From IMG/VR virus record IMGVR_UViG_3300037195_000905, positions 1 to 43,969 of that record: DNA of 43,969 nucleotides; one strand, 5' to 3'. Position numbers and translations under genes: made by a program. Shown here one piece after another: positions 27,275 through 35,427 of the stretch. The notes under the pieces are model-generated. The model did no database searches, was not told the origin of the DNA, and saw only the letters and a program-made list of their open reading frames with translations. Numbering within the stretch: position 1 is the stretch's first letter; each line of letters starts with the position of its first letter. The DNA is from a virus. Taxonomy: Duplodnaviria; Caudoviricetes.

Positions 27275-27723
27275 TTTACCCTCTCCTTATAAGGTCTTGC
27301 TTTTATAATAATATTGTTATATTTTTCAATGTAATTACTCAGGTCTTTTCCGGAAATCTGCTCAAGTGCCATATAAGCGTCTCTGAGCATAGCCGCAGAA
27401 TGATATTCTCCTGGATAATACTGCTGTACCATTCCTGCCGTATAGATAGTTTTCGTGAACCATTTAACTATTTGTTCTCTCGGTAGATTCGCCTTAACTG
27501 CCTTAATCGCTGTCTGAAGGTAAGTAAGAGACAAGACGTTTCTATAATTAAGTACATACGGATTATATCGTACAGCCTTCTTACACTCTTCAATATGTTC
27601 GTCCATCCTTCCATGATGTTTATGCCTCATGGCGTTGTTGAAGTGATAATCAGCCTTATACCTTAATATTGTAAGTATCGCCAAGAGTATAACCGTCAGG
27701 ATGATGCACGACCTCAAAATCAT
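27271..27723 (-). CDS. Membrane-anchored TPR-like protein (possibly the detached C-terminus of the O-antigen ligase)
   Basis: TM then ADYHFNNA...KKAVRYNPYVLNYRNVLSLTY TPR-like helices; overlaps the ligase 3' end in the +1 frame. Confidence 0.65.
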   Translation of the reverse strand: MILRSCIILTVILLAILTILRYKADYHFNNAMRHKHHGRMDEHIEECKKAVRYNPYVLNYRNVLSLTYLQTAIKAVKANLPREQIVKWFTKTIYTAGMVQQYYPGEYHSAAMLRDAYMALEQISGKDLSNYIEKYNNIIIKARPYKERVK

Positions 27724-28909
27724 AATCTTTTTTCGCTTGAACAATAGTTAGTCCCATTAATATCCAAAACAACGGTGCAATACCTGGTCCAGAAAAAGTA
27801 AACATATTTTGAACCATATAAGCCACGACACCACTACTTAACGAAATGATAATAAGATTTTCCTTATTCTCATATACCAGCTTAAAGTAGAATATAAATA
27901 GACTTAACCATGCTAGAAGCCCTATGATACCCTGAGTGACCAGTATCTCTAATATGGCGTTATGCGCCCTGTTATTATACCTATCGCTATCTTTCTTGTA
28001 TCTCTTCTGATAATACTCGGAATACTTGTACGCCAGATTGTCCATGCCGATCCCGACTATATAGTTGTCTTTGGCTATATCCAGACAGGTGTTCGCCATC
28101 TGAACACGATAACCAATGTTGCCTTCCATGTTCCATTCCTTGTATTCAGCTATAAATCGCTTCACCGGACTATTTGGCATATATACACTTAGAGCGAGCA
28201 GAGCCACTAAGACAGGTACGAGTACCTTATATGACTTCCTCTTATATAGTGCGAAGAAGAATATTATTGCTACTACCAACCCTATAAATCCAGATCTTGT
28301 TTTAGACAGAAACAGCGCATACATAAGGAGTCCGACAATCGGATAAAGCCAGTATTCACCTTTCATAATACCGTATATTACAAGAGGCACCGTCATAGCC
28401 ATATACGCACCCATAAATGTAGGATGTCCGAATGTACTCGATGGTCTGCCGTCATAACCAAAATCAATCGACCAATCATAAGGATCCAGATTGGTATATT
28501 GTATAAGTGAATACACAGCAGCGACAGATGCCGTAATTATCACAGCATTAATAAACTTCTGTATATCCGACTTCTTCACAAACTCTACAACGGCAAAGAA
28601 GAGTACCATATATACCACCAGCGACATAAGACCACCATACCTCTTGTATGTACCGGCAAAACTCACAAATGGATGTATGGCAAATACTGTTGCGATTATG
28701 GACGAAAATAGGACTGCCAGGATAGGATAGGTAAGAGTGTTCATTTGGGGTACCGTCCCCCTGACAGCCCATACACCAATAAGAATAAAAGTTAATATAT
28801 AAACAAAAGTAATCTTTGAGAGGTCAAACACGCTGTATATATTCGGTCCAATGAATAGTGGAGCGCCTACTGTTATAATCAACAGGATTGATATTATAGT
28901 TTTATTCAT
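27656..28909 (-). CDS. O-antigen ligase/polymerase (WaaL/Wzy_C) family polytopic membrane protein
   Basis: Many TM segments; RPSSTFGHP, SKTRSG, GIGMDN, RAHNAILEILVTQGIIG signature motifs; start set at ATG 28909. Confidence 0.88.
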   Translation of the reverse strand: MNKTIISILLIITVGAPLFIGPNIYSVFDLSKITFVYILTFILIGVWAVRGTVPQMNTLTYPILAVLFSSIIATVFAIHPFVSFAGTYKRYGGLMSLVVYMVLFFAVVEFVKKSDIQKFINAVIITASVAAVYSLIQYTNLDPYDWSIDFGYDGRPSSTFGHPTFMGAYMAMTVPLVIYGIMKGEYWLYPIVGLLMYALFLSKTRSGFIGLVVAIIFFFALYKRKSYKVLVPVLVALLALSVYMPNSPVKRFIAEYKEWNMEGNIGYRVQMANTCLDIAKDNYIVGIGMDNLAYKYSEYYQKRYKKDSDRYNNRAHNAILEILVTQGIIGLLAWLSLFIFYFKLVYENKENLIIISLSSGVVAYMVQNMFTFSGPGIAPLFWILMGLTIVQAKKDYDFEVVHHPDGYTLGDTYNIKV

Positions 28910-28916
28910 AATTAAA

Positions 28917-29022
28917 TGGAGCCGGTGGTGGGATTTTAACCCACACTCCTCAAGGTTCATTCCGGAAAATTCTCTCAAGGTAGACGCTATAGCATCACGC
29001 TCTTATATTAAGCTACACCGGC
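28917..29022 (-). ncRNA. 106-nt tRNA-like RNA (Thr-like acceptor/T arms, aberrant anticodon arm, oversized variable arm, encoded CCA)
   Basis: GCCGGUG/CACCGGC-U-CCA; U8 A9; D arm GCUU-AAUAUAA-GAGC; T arm GUGGG-UUAAAAU-CCCAC; 54 nt between D and T arms. Confidence 0.8.
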
Positions 29023-29232
29023 ATCTATATCCTCCTCGTTTTTCATTACCATTCCACTTAGTTTTACAGGATGTTGCCAAGGACCTACTATCTTCAATTC
29101 TTCCTTCAGGTCCTTCCTCTCGTCTGGATCGAGGTATATCACATTTGGAGGCTTACCATGCTCCTTAATGTAATCACGCTTGTATTCAGCTATCTTCTGA
29201 AGAAGGCTCTTTCGGTTTGGATTGATAATCAT
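29008..29232 (-). CDS. Hypothetical protein
   Basis: 74-aa ORF; its last 15 nt overlap the 5' end of the tRNA-like RNA. Confidence 0.6.
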   Translation of the reverse strand: MIINPNRKSLLQKIAEYKRDYIKEHGKPPNVIYLDPDERKDLKEELKIVGPWQHPVKLSGMVMKNEEDIDAGVA

Positions 29233-29363
29233 TTCAGTTTATTTTGCCTGTTGGTCATATACTCATAACACCAATCTTCAGGTTTCTTCTGTACTTCTTC
29301 TGGATAACGCCTACATCTACCTTCATTGTAACATATACAGGTACGACAACATGATCTTTTCAT
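29229..29363 (-). CDS. Small Cys-rich protein (44 aa; not in ORF track)
   Basis: MKRSCCRTCICYNEGRCRRYPEEVQKKPEDWCYEY...; ATGA overlaps at both ends. Confidence 0.6.
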   Translation of the reverse strand: MKRSCCRTCICYNEGRCRRYPEEVQKKPEDWCYEYMTNRQNKLK

Positions 29364-29962
29364 ATTTCCTCCTCGATTTCAATAATTTTTGATAGGTCTG
29401 CATTAATAAGAGGTATGTCTCCACCAAAGTCTGCAGGTGTAAATTCATTACTCGGTGTACCCTCAGTCAATAAGCCCAACCTCTGATATGCCTCTGCAAC
29501 CAATTCAGAACAGAATATACTGCTGAGATCCTCTTCGTTACCACCAAACACTCCGTCATAAGCCGATTTAAAAAGCTCAATCTTACTCTCCTCATACGGT
29601 CTGCCCTTAACTTCCTCCCTAAACTTCATAAGAACATCGTGGTCTATAGCTTGGTACTTATCAAACATATTTAGCCTTCTTATTCCAACCTTGCCTTCAT
29701 ACGACTTCATCCTCTCGCTTAAAGGCACTAATTGTACTCCTTGTCGTGCTTTTCCGGTGTTAATATCCTTTATCTTGCTCAGGGTAGTCGACTCCCACAG
29801 AAGCAACATATTGTACTCTGTAAGTCTTAATACCATACCCACATGACTCCAAGGGGAACCTGTGAACCATTTAATCATACCACTTATTCTGCCCTTACCT
29901 GAAAACAATACAATATCTCCGGTATTTAAACTATCCCTTATACCACTATAATTCATAGTCAT
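29360..29962 (-). CDS. Permuted papain-like NlpC/P60 (YiiX/YebB-type) enzyme
   Basis: GDIVLF...WSHVGM (His) precedes FCSELVAEAY (Cys); final TPAD. Confidence 0.85.
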   Translation of the reverse strand: MTMNYSGIRDSLNTGDIVLFSGKGRISGMIKWFTGSPWSHVGMVLRLTEYNMLLLWESTTLSKIKDINTGKARQGVQLVPLSERMKSYEGKVGIRRLNMFDKYQAIDHDVLMKFREEVKGRPYEESKIELFKSAYDGVFGGNEEDLSSIFCSELVAEAYQRLGLLTEGTPSNEFTPADFGGDIPLINADLSKIIEIEEEI

Positions 29963-30240
29963 TTCCCCTTCCTCCTGTTAATATTTCTAATCTCCACACA
30001 CATATCACGATATTCTTTCACCATCTTCTCAAGAATCTTTGTGTTCTTTTCGTGGACCGGCAGACAGCACTTTTTCCACTTCTTTCCGGAACCACAGACA
30101 CACCTGACATTCCTCCGTATCTGATTCTCATAATTTATCACACCTTGAAGGGTTTGGATTCTTTCATACTTATCCTCAGCCGTCAGACGCATCTTCAGCA
30201 ACTCTATCTCAGGCTGCTTCTTGTCTGCGCCACTACCCAT
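29959..30240 (-). CDS. SEC-C motif protein
   Basis: RNVRCVCGSGKKWKKCC. Confidence 0.75.
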   Translation of the reverse strand: MGSGADKKQPEIELLKMRLTAEDKYERIQTLQGVINYENQIRRNVRCVCGSGKKWKKCCLPVHEKNTKILEKMVKEYRDMCVEIRNINRRKGK

Positions 30241-30465
30241 AACGAACCCTTTTAAAAAGGTTAAAATAAACTAATAATCCACATACCTGTAAAGTACCAT
30301 ATAACACAGCCTACAGCTATTGTACTCAAAAGGATCACTTCCAACTTAGTTTCTTTGGTCATGTCTTAAAGAACCTCATAATACCCTTACCCCAACCGAT
30401 GTACTGCCTTATCTCCACAGCACACGACTCTATAAACATCCAGAATAGCTTACATATAAGTTTTC

Positions 30466-31044
30466 TCATGCTAAAAACCCCTCTAATTTTCTGCTTCTAG
30501 CCGGATGCCTTAGCTTCCTTAATGCTCTTTTTTCTAGTTGGTTTACTCTTGTCCTGGTTATATTAAGTTTTTTTCCTGCTTCTTCCAGGGTACACGTGGT
30601 ACCTTCTATTATGCCGAAACGCATTTTAATAATTTCTCTTTCACGATATGTAAGCGTATCAAGTACGCTTTCAACACGGTCTATAGCCTCTTGGCGCTCT
30701 ATATCGCTCTCGTCATCCTCCGGTGCAGGTAACGCCTCTAAACCTTCCCCTCCTAATATTCTGTCGGGATCAATTCTCTTATAGAAGGTAGTCTTCTTGT
30801 CTAGTTCTAGAAAATCCTCATTCTTGAGCAATTCAGGAAAAATGACTTCTTTGGTTTCACCAACAAACCTGCAAATTATTTCTATCGTATATTTATTGGG
30901 ATAGCCTGTCATATTAAAATATTTACAAATAGAATTCTGATTTATACCAACCCTGCGACCAAATTCAGCTTGAGTCCATCCCCTCTCCTCAATAAATCTC
31001 TGAAGAAATCCATTCTTAGCTTTTATCTTTAATGCTATTTCCAT
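30466..31044 (-). CDS. XRE-type HTH fused to a sigma70 region-4 domain
   Basis: RGWTQAEFGRRVGINQNSI at the N-terminus; LTYREREIIKMRFG...TLEEAG...ITRTRVNQLEKRALRKLRHPARSRKL is RpoD region 4-like. Confidence 0.85.
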   Translation of the reverse strand: MEIALKIKAKNGFLQRFIEERGWTQAEFGRRVGINQNSICKYFNMTGYPNKYTIEIICRFVGETKEVIFPELLKNEDFLELDKKTTFYKRIDPDRILGGEGLEALPAPEDDESDIERQEAIDRVESVLDTLTYREREIIKMRFGIIEGTTCTLEEAGKKLNITRTRVNQLEKRALRKLRHPARSRKLEGFLA

Positions 31045-31127
31045 CTATCTCCCCACAGGTAAATAAAAAATAAATAGAAACGCCCATACCAAAACCCCGA
31101 ATATAACCATTGTGTACCAAAGATATT

Positions 31128-31289
31128 TCATGCCCTCTTATACCTCTCATTATATTTAGTGTACGCAGCCTTGCCCTTAGCCGTCTTACGGTACGCCCTC
31201 ATTCTACACCTGGCTCCACAATACCTGGCAAACATAGTCTTAGCCTCAAACTCCTCTTCACATTCCTGACACACTATATCAAAACTCAT
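31128..31289 (-). CDS. Small Zn-finger protein (53 aa; not in ORF track)
   Basis: CQEC...F...RYCGARCRMRAYR; ATGA overlaps. Confidence 0.65.
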   Translation of the reverse strand: MSFDIVCQECEEEFEAKTMFARYCGARCRMRAYRKTAKGKAAYTKYNERYKRA

Positions 31290-31717
31290 TTTAATAAATC
31301 CTCATTCTCATAAATATTGCCGATTACTTCTAAGTTGTGCCAACTTATCATACTTTCGCCTTCATAACCCATAGAAGATTCTTCTATATCAAAACCTAAT
31401 TGTCTCCATACTATTTGAGATATTCCTTCATACTTTTTTAAAGAATCGCCAGTTTCTTTATCCCAAAGAATTACACATTTGTCAATCCACTTAACTATAT
31501 CCCCCTCTACTATATCCACACCATTCTTATCCTTTAAACCGGTGTACTGAAGAAGCTCTACATCATCTAATAGTTCTATCTCGTAACACTTATTTGGGGG
31601 AAGACATCTATCAATCTGATTGTCATCCCATGTAATACATCCTGCATCTAATGAGATAACTTCTACCATATATTTCCTCTTCTTTAACCATGCTCTGAAC
31701 TTAATTTCTCTACTCAT
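31286..31717 (-). CDS. YopX family protein
   Basis: REIKFRAW...QYTGLKDKNGVDIVEGDIV...EVIGNIYENEDLL; start ATG 31717 with GAGG SD. Confidence 0.9.
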   Translation of the reverse strand: MSREIKFRAWLKKRKYMVEVISLDAGCITWDDNQIDRCLPPNKCYEIELLDDVELLQYTGLKDKNGVDIVEGDIVKWIDKCVILWDKETGDSLKKYEGISQIVWRQLGFDIEESSMGYEGESMISWHNLEVIGNIYENEDLLK

Positions 31718-31958
31718 AAAACCTCTGTAACATAAATCACAAAACAATGCAAGGAAAAAGTGTAACATAATTACATATAAAAAAAATAAAATATAACTTG
31801 TTTCACCATTCGGTGAATATATACAATTAAGTGAAACTAACCTCATAAAGAAAAATAAAAATGTTAGCTTGAAGTTACTAAAAAGGTATATCGCAATATA
31901 CTAAAAAGGTAAACTAGGCAGACACGCCTCGTAAAGAAAAAAGAAAAAATTCGTTGCA

Positions 31959-32009
31959 GGGAGGACGTTGGGGGGGATAGGAGTCCCGAGTTTCCCCCGA
32001 GGGGGAGGG
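31959..32009. other. G/C-run element downstream of terS; candidate packaging start or genome terminus
   Basis: GGGAGGACGTTGGGGGGGATAGGAGTCCCGAGTTTCCCCCGAGGGGGAGGG in an AT-rich 420-bp gap, at the composition boundary. Confidence 0.4.
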
Positions 32010-32137
32010 TGTTTATAATTGGATTCATTTTGGATTGATATTTCTAATATGAAATGATTGTTGATTGATACAACTGGCTTGATATGTACTGAATTGAACT
32101 GGTTTTATTATGTTACTATCAGGACTGATAATGGGTT

Positions 32138-32575
32138 CTATGTTACGTTGGCCGCTTCAGCTTCAATAATGGGATCAGGAAGAGCGAGCGCGGACAGGCG
32201 ATCAAGCGCCCTTGTTAAGGCTGGACTAATGTTAAGAGTGTTGCGAACATCCACCTGTAAACGCTCAGAATAACGCTTGTTGAGCTTACTACAAAACCAT
32301 GTTATATAATCAGCTTTCACCTTTGCAGCTTTCGCGCTCTTATCATCGCAGGACATGACAATATTATGTAATACGTCCAGCAGCGCCTCTGTGTGGCTCT
32401 GTGTGGCGATCTCATACGCCTTGTCAAACTCAGGTAAGGCAGCGCGCCAGCGGAAGACAGACATTCGCGAAGGCATCCGATCAGGTTTACAAATATCTGT
32501 TAATTTTTCACCTGAAGCAAAGCGCTTCAAGATTTCACCAGCGATTTTATTATTATACTTTGAAGGTCTTCCCAT
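32138..32575 (-). CDS. terS: Terminase small subunit (Sf6 gp1-like HTH)
   Basis: MGRPSKYNNKIAGEILKRFASGEKLTDIC...MPSRMSVFRW...EFDKAYEIA...WFCSKLNKRYSE. Confidence 0.85.
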   Translation of the reverse strand: MGRPSKYNNKIAGEILKRFASGEKLTDICKPDRMPSRMSVFRWRAALPEFDKAYEIATQSHTEALLDVLHNIVMSCDDKSAKAAKVKADYITWFCSKLNKRYSERLQVDVRNTLNISPALTRALDRLSALALPDPIIEAEAANVT

Positions 32576-32751
32576 AGCCACGCGCGCAACAGTAACGAAA
32601 CGCGTCCTTTATTTTACCAGCTTACATTCTATTCTATGATTTTAGATCCTGTTATTATTTGTCCTGGCGGATCTGTTTTATATTTTTGATTTGTTATAAG
32701 TATATTCCTTAACCCGACCGCCACCCCTCTATTTACAAGCGGACAATAGTC

Positions 32752-32780
32752 CTTTTATATATATTAAATGATGTTGTCAA
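32752..32780 (-). promoter_or_regulatory. Sigma70-type promoter upstream of terS
   Basis: TTGACA at 32780-32775 followed by an AT-rich TATATAAAAG -10 region. Confidence 0.5.
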
Positions 32781-32853
32781 GTTATTTATTTTTGATAGGT
32801 GCTAGACTATGCAAAAGGATCAGCGCGACTGCTGGCGAGGATCTCAGGACATG

Positions 32854-32892
32854 AAAAAAGGCGATCCCGACCGATATAAGCCAGAACCGCCT
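32854..32892 (-). terminator. Intrinsic terminator ending the leftward early operon
   Basis: AGGCGGUUCUGGC...GGUCGGGAUCGCCU followed by a U-run. Confidence 0.75.
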
Positions 32893-32912
32893 AAAAACAG
32901 CATTTTTTCTAT

Positions 32913-33101
32913 TTAATCCTGAAGCGCCTTATCTTGATAATATTCAGACGCACAGCGCGCACAATGCGCCACGCCATTAATATTTACTTTAATATCTTTA
33001 TGCGTCAGACATGATAAGCAAACAGGACAATACAACCACGATTGACTAATATCACCTTGTAACCTTGAACCGCTAATTTTACCCTTTGCAAATGTTAGCA
33101 T
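32913..33101 (-). CDS. Small Zn-ribbon protein (62 aa)
   Basis: AAGGGG SD, ATG 33101; CPVC...CARC. Confidence 0.6.
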   Translation of the reverse strand: MLTFAKGKISGSRLQGDISQSWLYCPVCLSCLTHKDIKVNINGVAHCARCASEYYQDKALQD

Positions 33102-33203
33102 TTTAACCCCCTTGTCAATATGTAGTATAGCAACCCCGAAACCGCCGCGCGGATCATCGCGGTTTTTACCTGTTTTTAGGGTTTTGCCATACAAGATATA
33201 GAA

Positions 33204-33383
33204 TTATAACATTCCTAATTTACGCGCGATCTCTTTACAATGATAACAAGGCTCATTATTACCCTTCAAACGCTCTTCAGCATGAAAAGCAAAATTCCGC
33301 CTCATATCTTTTAAGGTATTACAACCAGCTTCCACCGTAATATGATACATTTCAGATTTTGTCAATTTATCTTACCACCGCAT
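33204..33383 (-). pseudogene. Small ORF with an in-frame TAA at codon 4 (or restart at TTG 33365)
   Basis: AAGGGGGG SD, then ATG CGG TGG TAA GAT AAA TTG ACA...EPCYHCKEIARKLGML in one frame. Confidence 0.5.
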
Positions 33384-33402
33384 AAAACCCCCCTTGAAAA
33401 GA

Positions 33403-33957
33403 TTAACGCCTATACAGCGCGATTCTATTATGCTTCAGCGCTACGAGATCAGACGCGGACGCATCCACATACCCAACAGGAATACGCGCGCCCTGATCCA
33501 ATACAAGCGCATGAGGCGAGCGCCTATCAATAGACCAGCGCCCACCGTCCGACTGAATCACTTTAGTATTTTTGAGCGCCTTAAAACGCGACCAATCCAG
33601 CTTGAGCGCCTTTGTATAACAATAGTGGAAAACTTCAGGCGAACCGACCGCAACCGCTTCAATTTTATCAAGCATAGATTGACTGTAAACGTCCCCCGAA
33701 TCCATCCAGCGCAGAATCTTAATATATGGACGCGCGCGCAACTCAGCCAGCGCCAGATCCGCGAAACCGTCCAGCAGCGACAATTCATAATTACGCCAAT
33801 GAGCGCACCACGCCACCGCACCGCGCAACCTATACACGCGCAACATATAACAATAATCAAGACAGCCACCAGCGCCCGAACAAGTCAGGAACGCTGGTAG
33901 ACTGAATTTATATATCTGATCCTTTGCTAGTTTGCTATTCATTGAAAATATATTCAA
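33403..33957 (-). CDS. Phage Gp88-like Cys-cluster protein
   Basis: NSKL...FSLPA...TCSGAGGCLDYCY...RWMDSGD...YCYTK. Confidence 0.75.
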   Translation of the reverse strand: MNIFSMNSKLAKDQIYKFSLPAFLTCSGAGGCLDYCYMLRVYRLRGAVAWCAHWRNYELSLLDGFADLALAELRARPYIKILRWMDSGDVYSQSMLDKIEAVAVGSPEVFHYCYTKALKLDWSRFKALKNTKVIQSDGGRWSIDRRSPHALVLDQGARIPVGYVDASASDLVALKHNRIALYRR

Positions 33958-35048
33958 GATATTACCGCCATAGCTTGCTTTTGAAGATCCAGACGCGTAT
34001 CAGAAGGCAGCGCTGATCCCTTTGCAATAAGGCTTATTGCGTTAGACAAGCGCCACTTGTTTTTGACTTCTGGCAGAAACTCAACTGGCATTTCAGAATC
34101 AAAGGCAACCTTTACAGACTCCGCGAGATCCTTTTTAAATCCTTTTTGCCTCAGCTTTTTAACTTCGTCATTTATATTGATATTACAATCGGATTCCATC
34201 GCGTCCAAGATCCTATTTTTAACGCCAGCTTGAAGACCTATTGAAGATTGAACCGCGTCCCCGACCGCAGACGCAACCGCCTTGTTATCTAAATCATGCG
34301 TTTGATTAGATAATTGAATCAAGTCTTCCGTAGTATTGAAGCGCTTGCCAACATGAACGGACTTCATAACGTCCGCGCCCATGCACAAATTAAGACAAGT
34401 AATCCGAAGCGCCAACATTTCAATTTTTAATGCGCTTGATCCGTAATCACTTGTAGTAATTGCCACACCTAAAACGATGAATTCATGCGCGGAAGGCTGG
34501 AAGACTTCAGGCAGGATAAAAGATACATGGTAACGGTAATCCGTAACCGCGCCAGTATAAGGAACGTAACCAGCGCGGAGAGCGGACTCAATGAACCCTT
34601 CAAATATAGGACTGGCATCCATACGCCTATATGAAGGCGATAATACGCCCTTAACCGTATCATTAACGCGCCTGAATAAAAGACCGTCTTTACAATTACG
34701 CCCGACCATACGATTAATATTGTTAAGTAATAATTCCGATTCGCCTAATTCGATCAGCTTATCAGCATACGCGACAGGTACACCAGCGCGCGCCAGCAGT
34801 TGACCACGCGCAAAGCCAGTAAATCCAACATCAGAAGAAAGCGCGTCCCCGACAACGTGAGCGCGTATATCACCATTGACGCGGAAATCAAGCGCGTCAG
34901 GTTTTGCGATCATATCGCGCCTGTTATCAAATTCCGCGCTTATCTCATTTAATACGGACGGAACACGCACCGCGCCAGCCTCAATAATACCTTGTAGCTT
35001 GACCGCGCGCGGATCCGCTACCCTGTTATGATCTGTTAAAATATTCAT
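33954..35048 (-). CDS. DUF932-like early phage protein
   Basis: GVLSPSYRRMD...GVAITTSDYGSSALKI...RITCLNL...HVG...WRLSNAIS; AAGGGG SD. Confidence 0.7.
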   Translation of the reverse strand: MNILTDHNRVADPRAVKLQGIIEAGAVRVPSVLNEISAEFDNRRDMIAKPDALDFRVNGDIRAHVVGDALSSDVGFTGFARGQLLARAGVPVAYADKLIELGESELLLNNINRMVGRNCKDGLLFRRVNDTVKGVLSPSYRRMDASPIFEGFIESALRAGYVPYTGAVTDYRYHVSFILPEVFQPSAHEFIVLGVAITTSDYGSSALKIEMLALRITCLNLCMGADVMKSVHVGKRFNTTEDLIQLSNQTHDLDNKAVASAVGDAVQSSIGLQAGVKNRILDAMESDCNININDEVKKLRQKGFKKDLAESVKVAFDSEMPVEFLPEVKNKWRLSNAISLIAKGSALPSDTRLDLQKQAMAVIS

Positions 35049-35086
35049 TCTGTACCCCTTAAAAAATTAGTTGATAGAATTCAATT

Positions 35087-35425
35087 TTACGGATTTACGG
35101 TTAAAGATATTTTTTCGCCCTTATGCGAAATTTTGACAATTTCATCAGATCCGATAAAAGACCGCGCCTGAGTTATAGACACGCGCACCGACTTGATGAA
35201 ATCAGGAACAGATACACGCTTAAAGAACAAGCGCGGATTAATGGTAAGAGCGCACGAAACAACCTTTAATATAATGTTGCCACCGTCCCCGATCAGCTTA
35301 TCAGATCCCGACCGCGTGAACTCTTTTAAAACCATATCGCGCAAAACTTTTTCCTCTGTTTTTAGCGTATCAATATTATGCCTCAATTCACAATAACGAT
35401 TAACAAGACTTTTTTTATTACTCAA
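35087..35425 (-). CDS. Hypothetical early protein
   Basis: 112 aa, TTG start with AAGGGGG SD. Confidence 0.65.
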   Translation of the reverse strand: MSNKKSLVNRYCELRHNIDTLKTEEKVLRDMVLKEFTRSGSDKLIGDGGNIILKVVSCALTINPRLFFKRVSVPDFIKSVRVSITQARSFIGSDEIVKISHKGEKISLTVNP

Positions 35426-35427
35426 TT

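Noticed and set aside
27724-27740. Classical -1 frameshift on A AAA AAG joining ligase and TPR
   Set aside because: The heptamer is not in the ligase frame and a -1 shift meets TGA within a few codons; joining needs +1
28910-28978. Track start of the O-antigen ligase ORF at 28978
   Set aside because: Lies inside the tRNA-like RNA; hydrophobic sequence starts at ATG 28909
28917-29022. Canonical tRNA, amber suppressor (CUA) or intron-containing tRNA
   Set aside because: No 5-bp stem with 7-nt loop; CUA would have G33 and U37; removing a 37/38 intron does not restore a paired anticodon stem
33394-33900. 168-aa plus-strand ORF
   Set aside because: Arg-rich antisense product of the CG-rich Gp88-like gene
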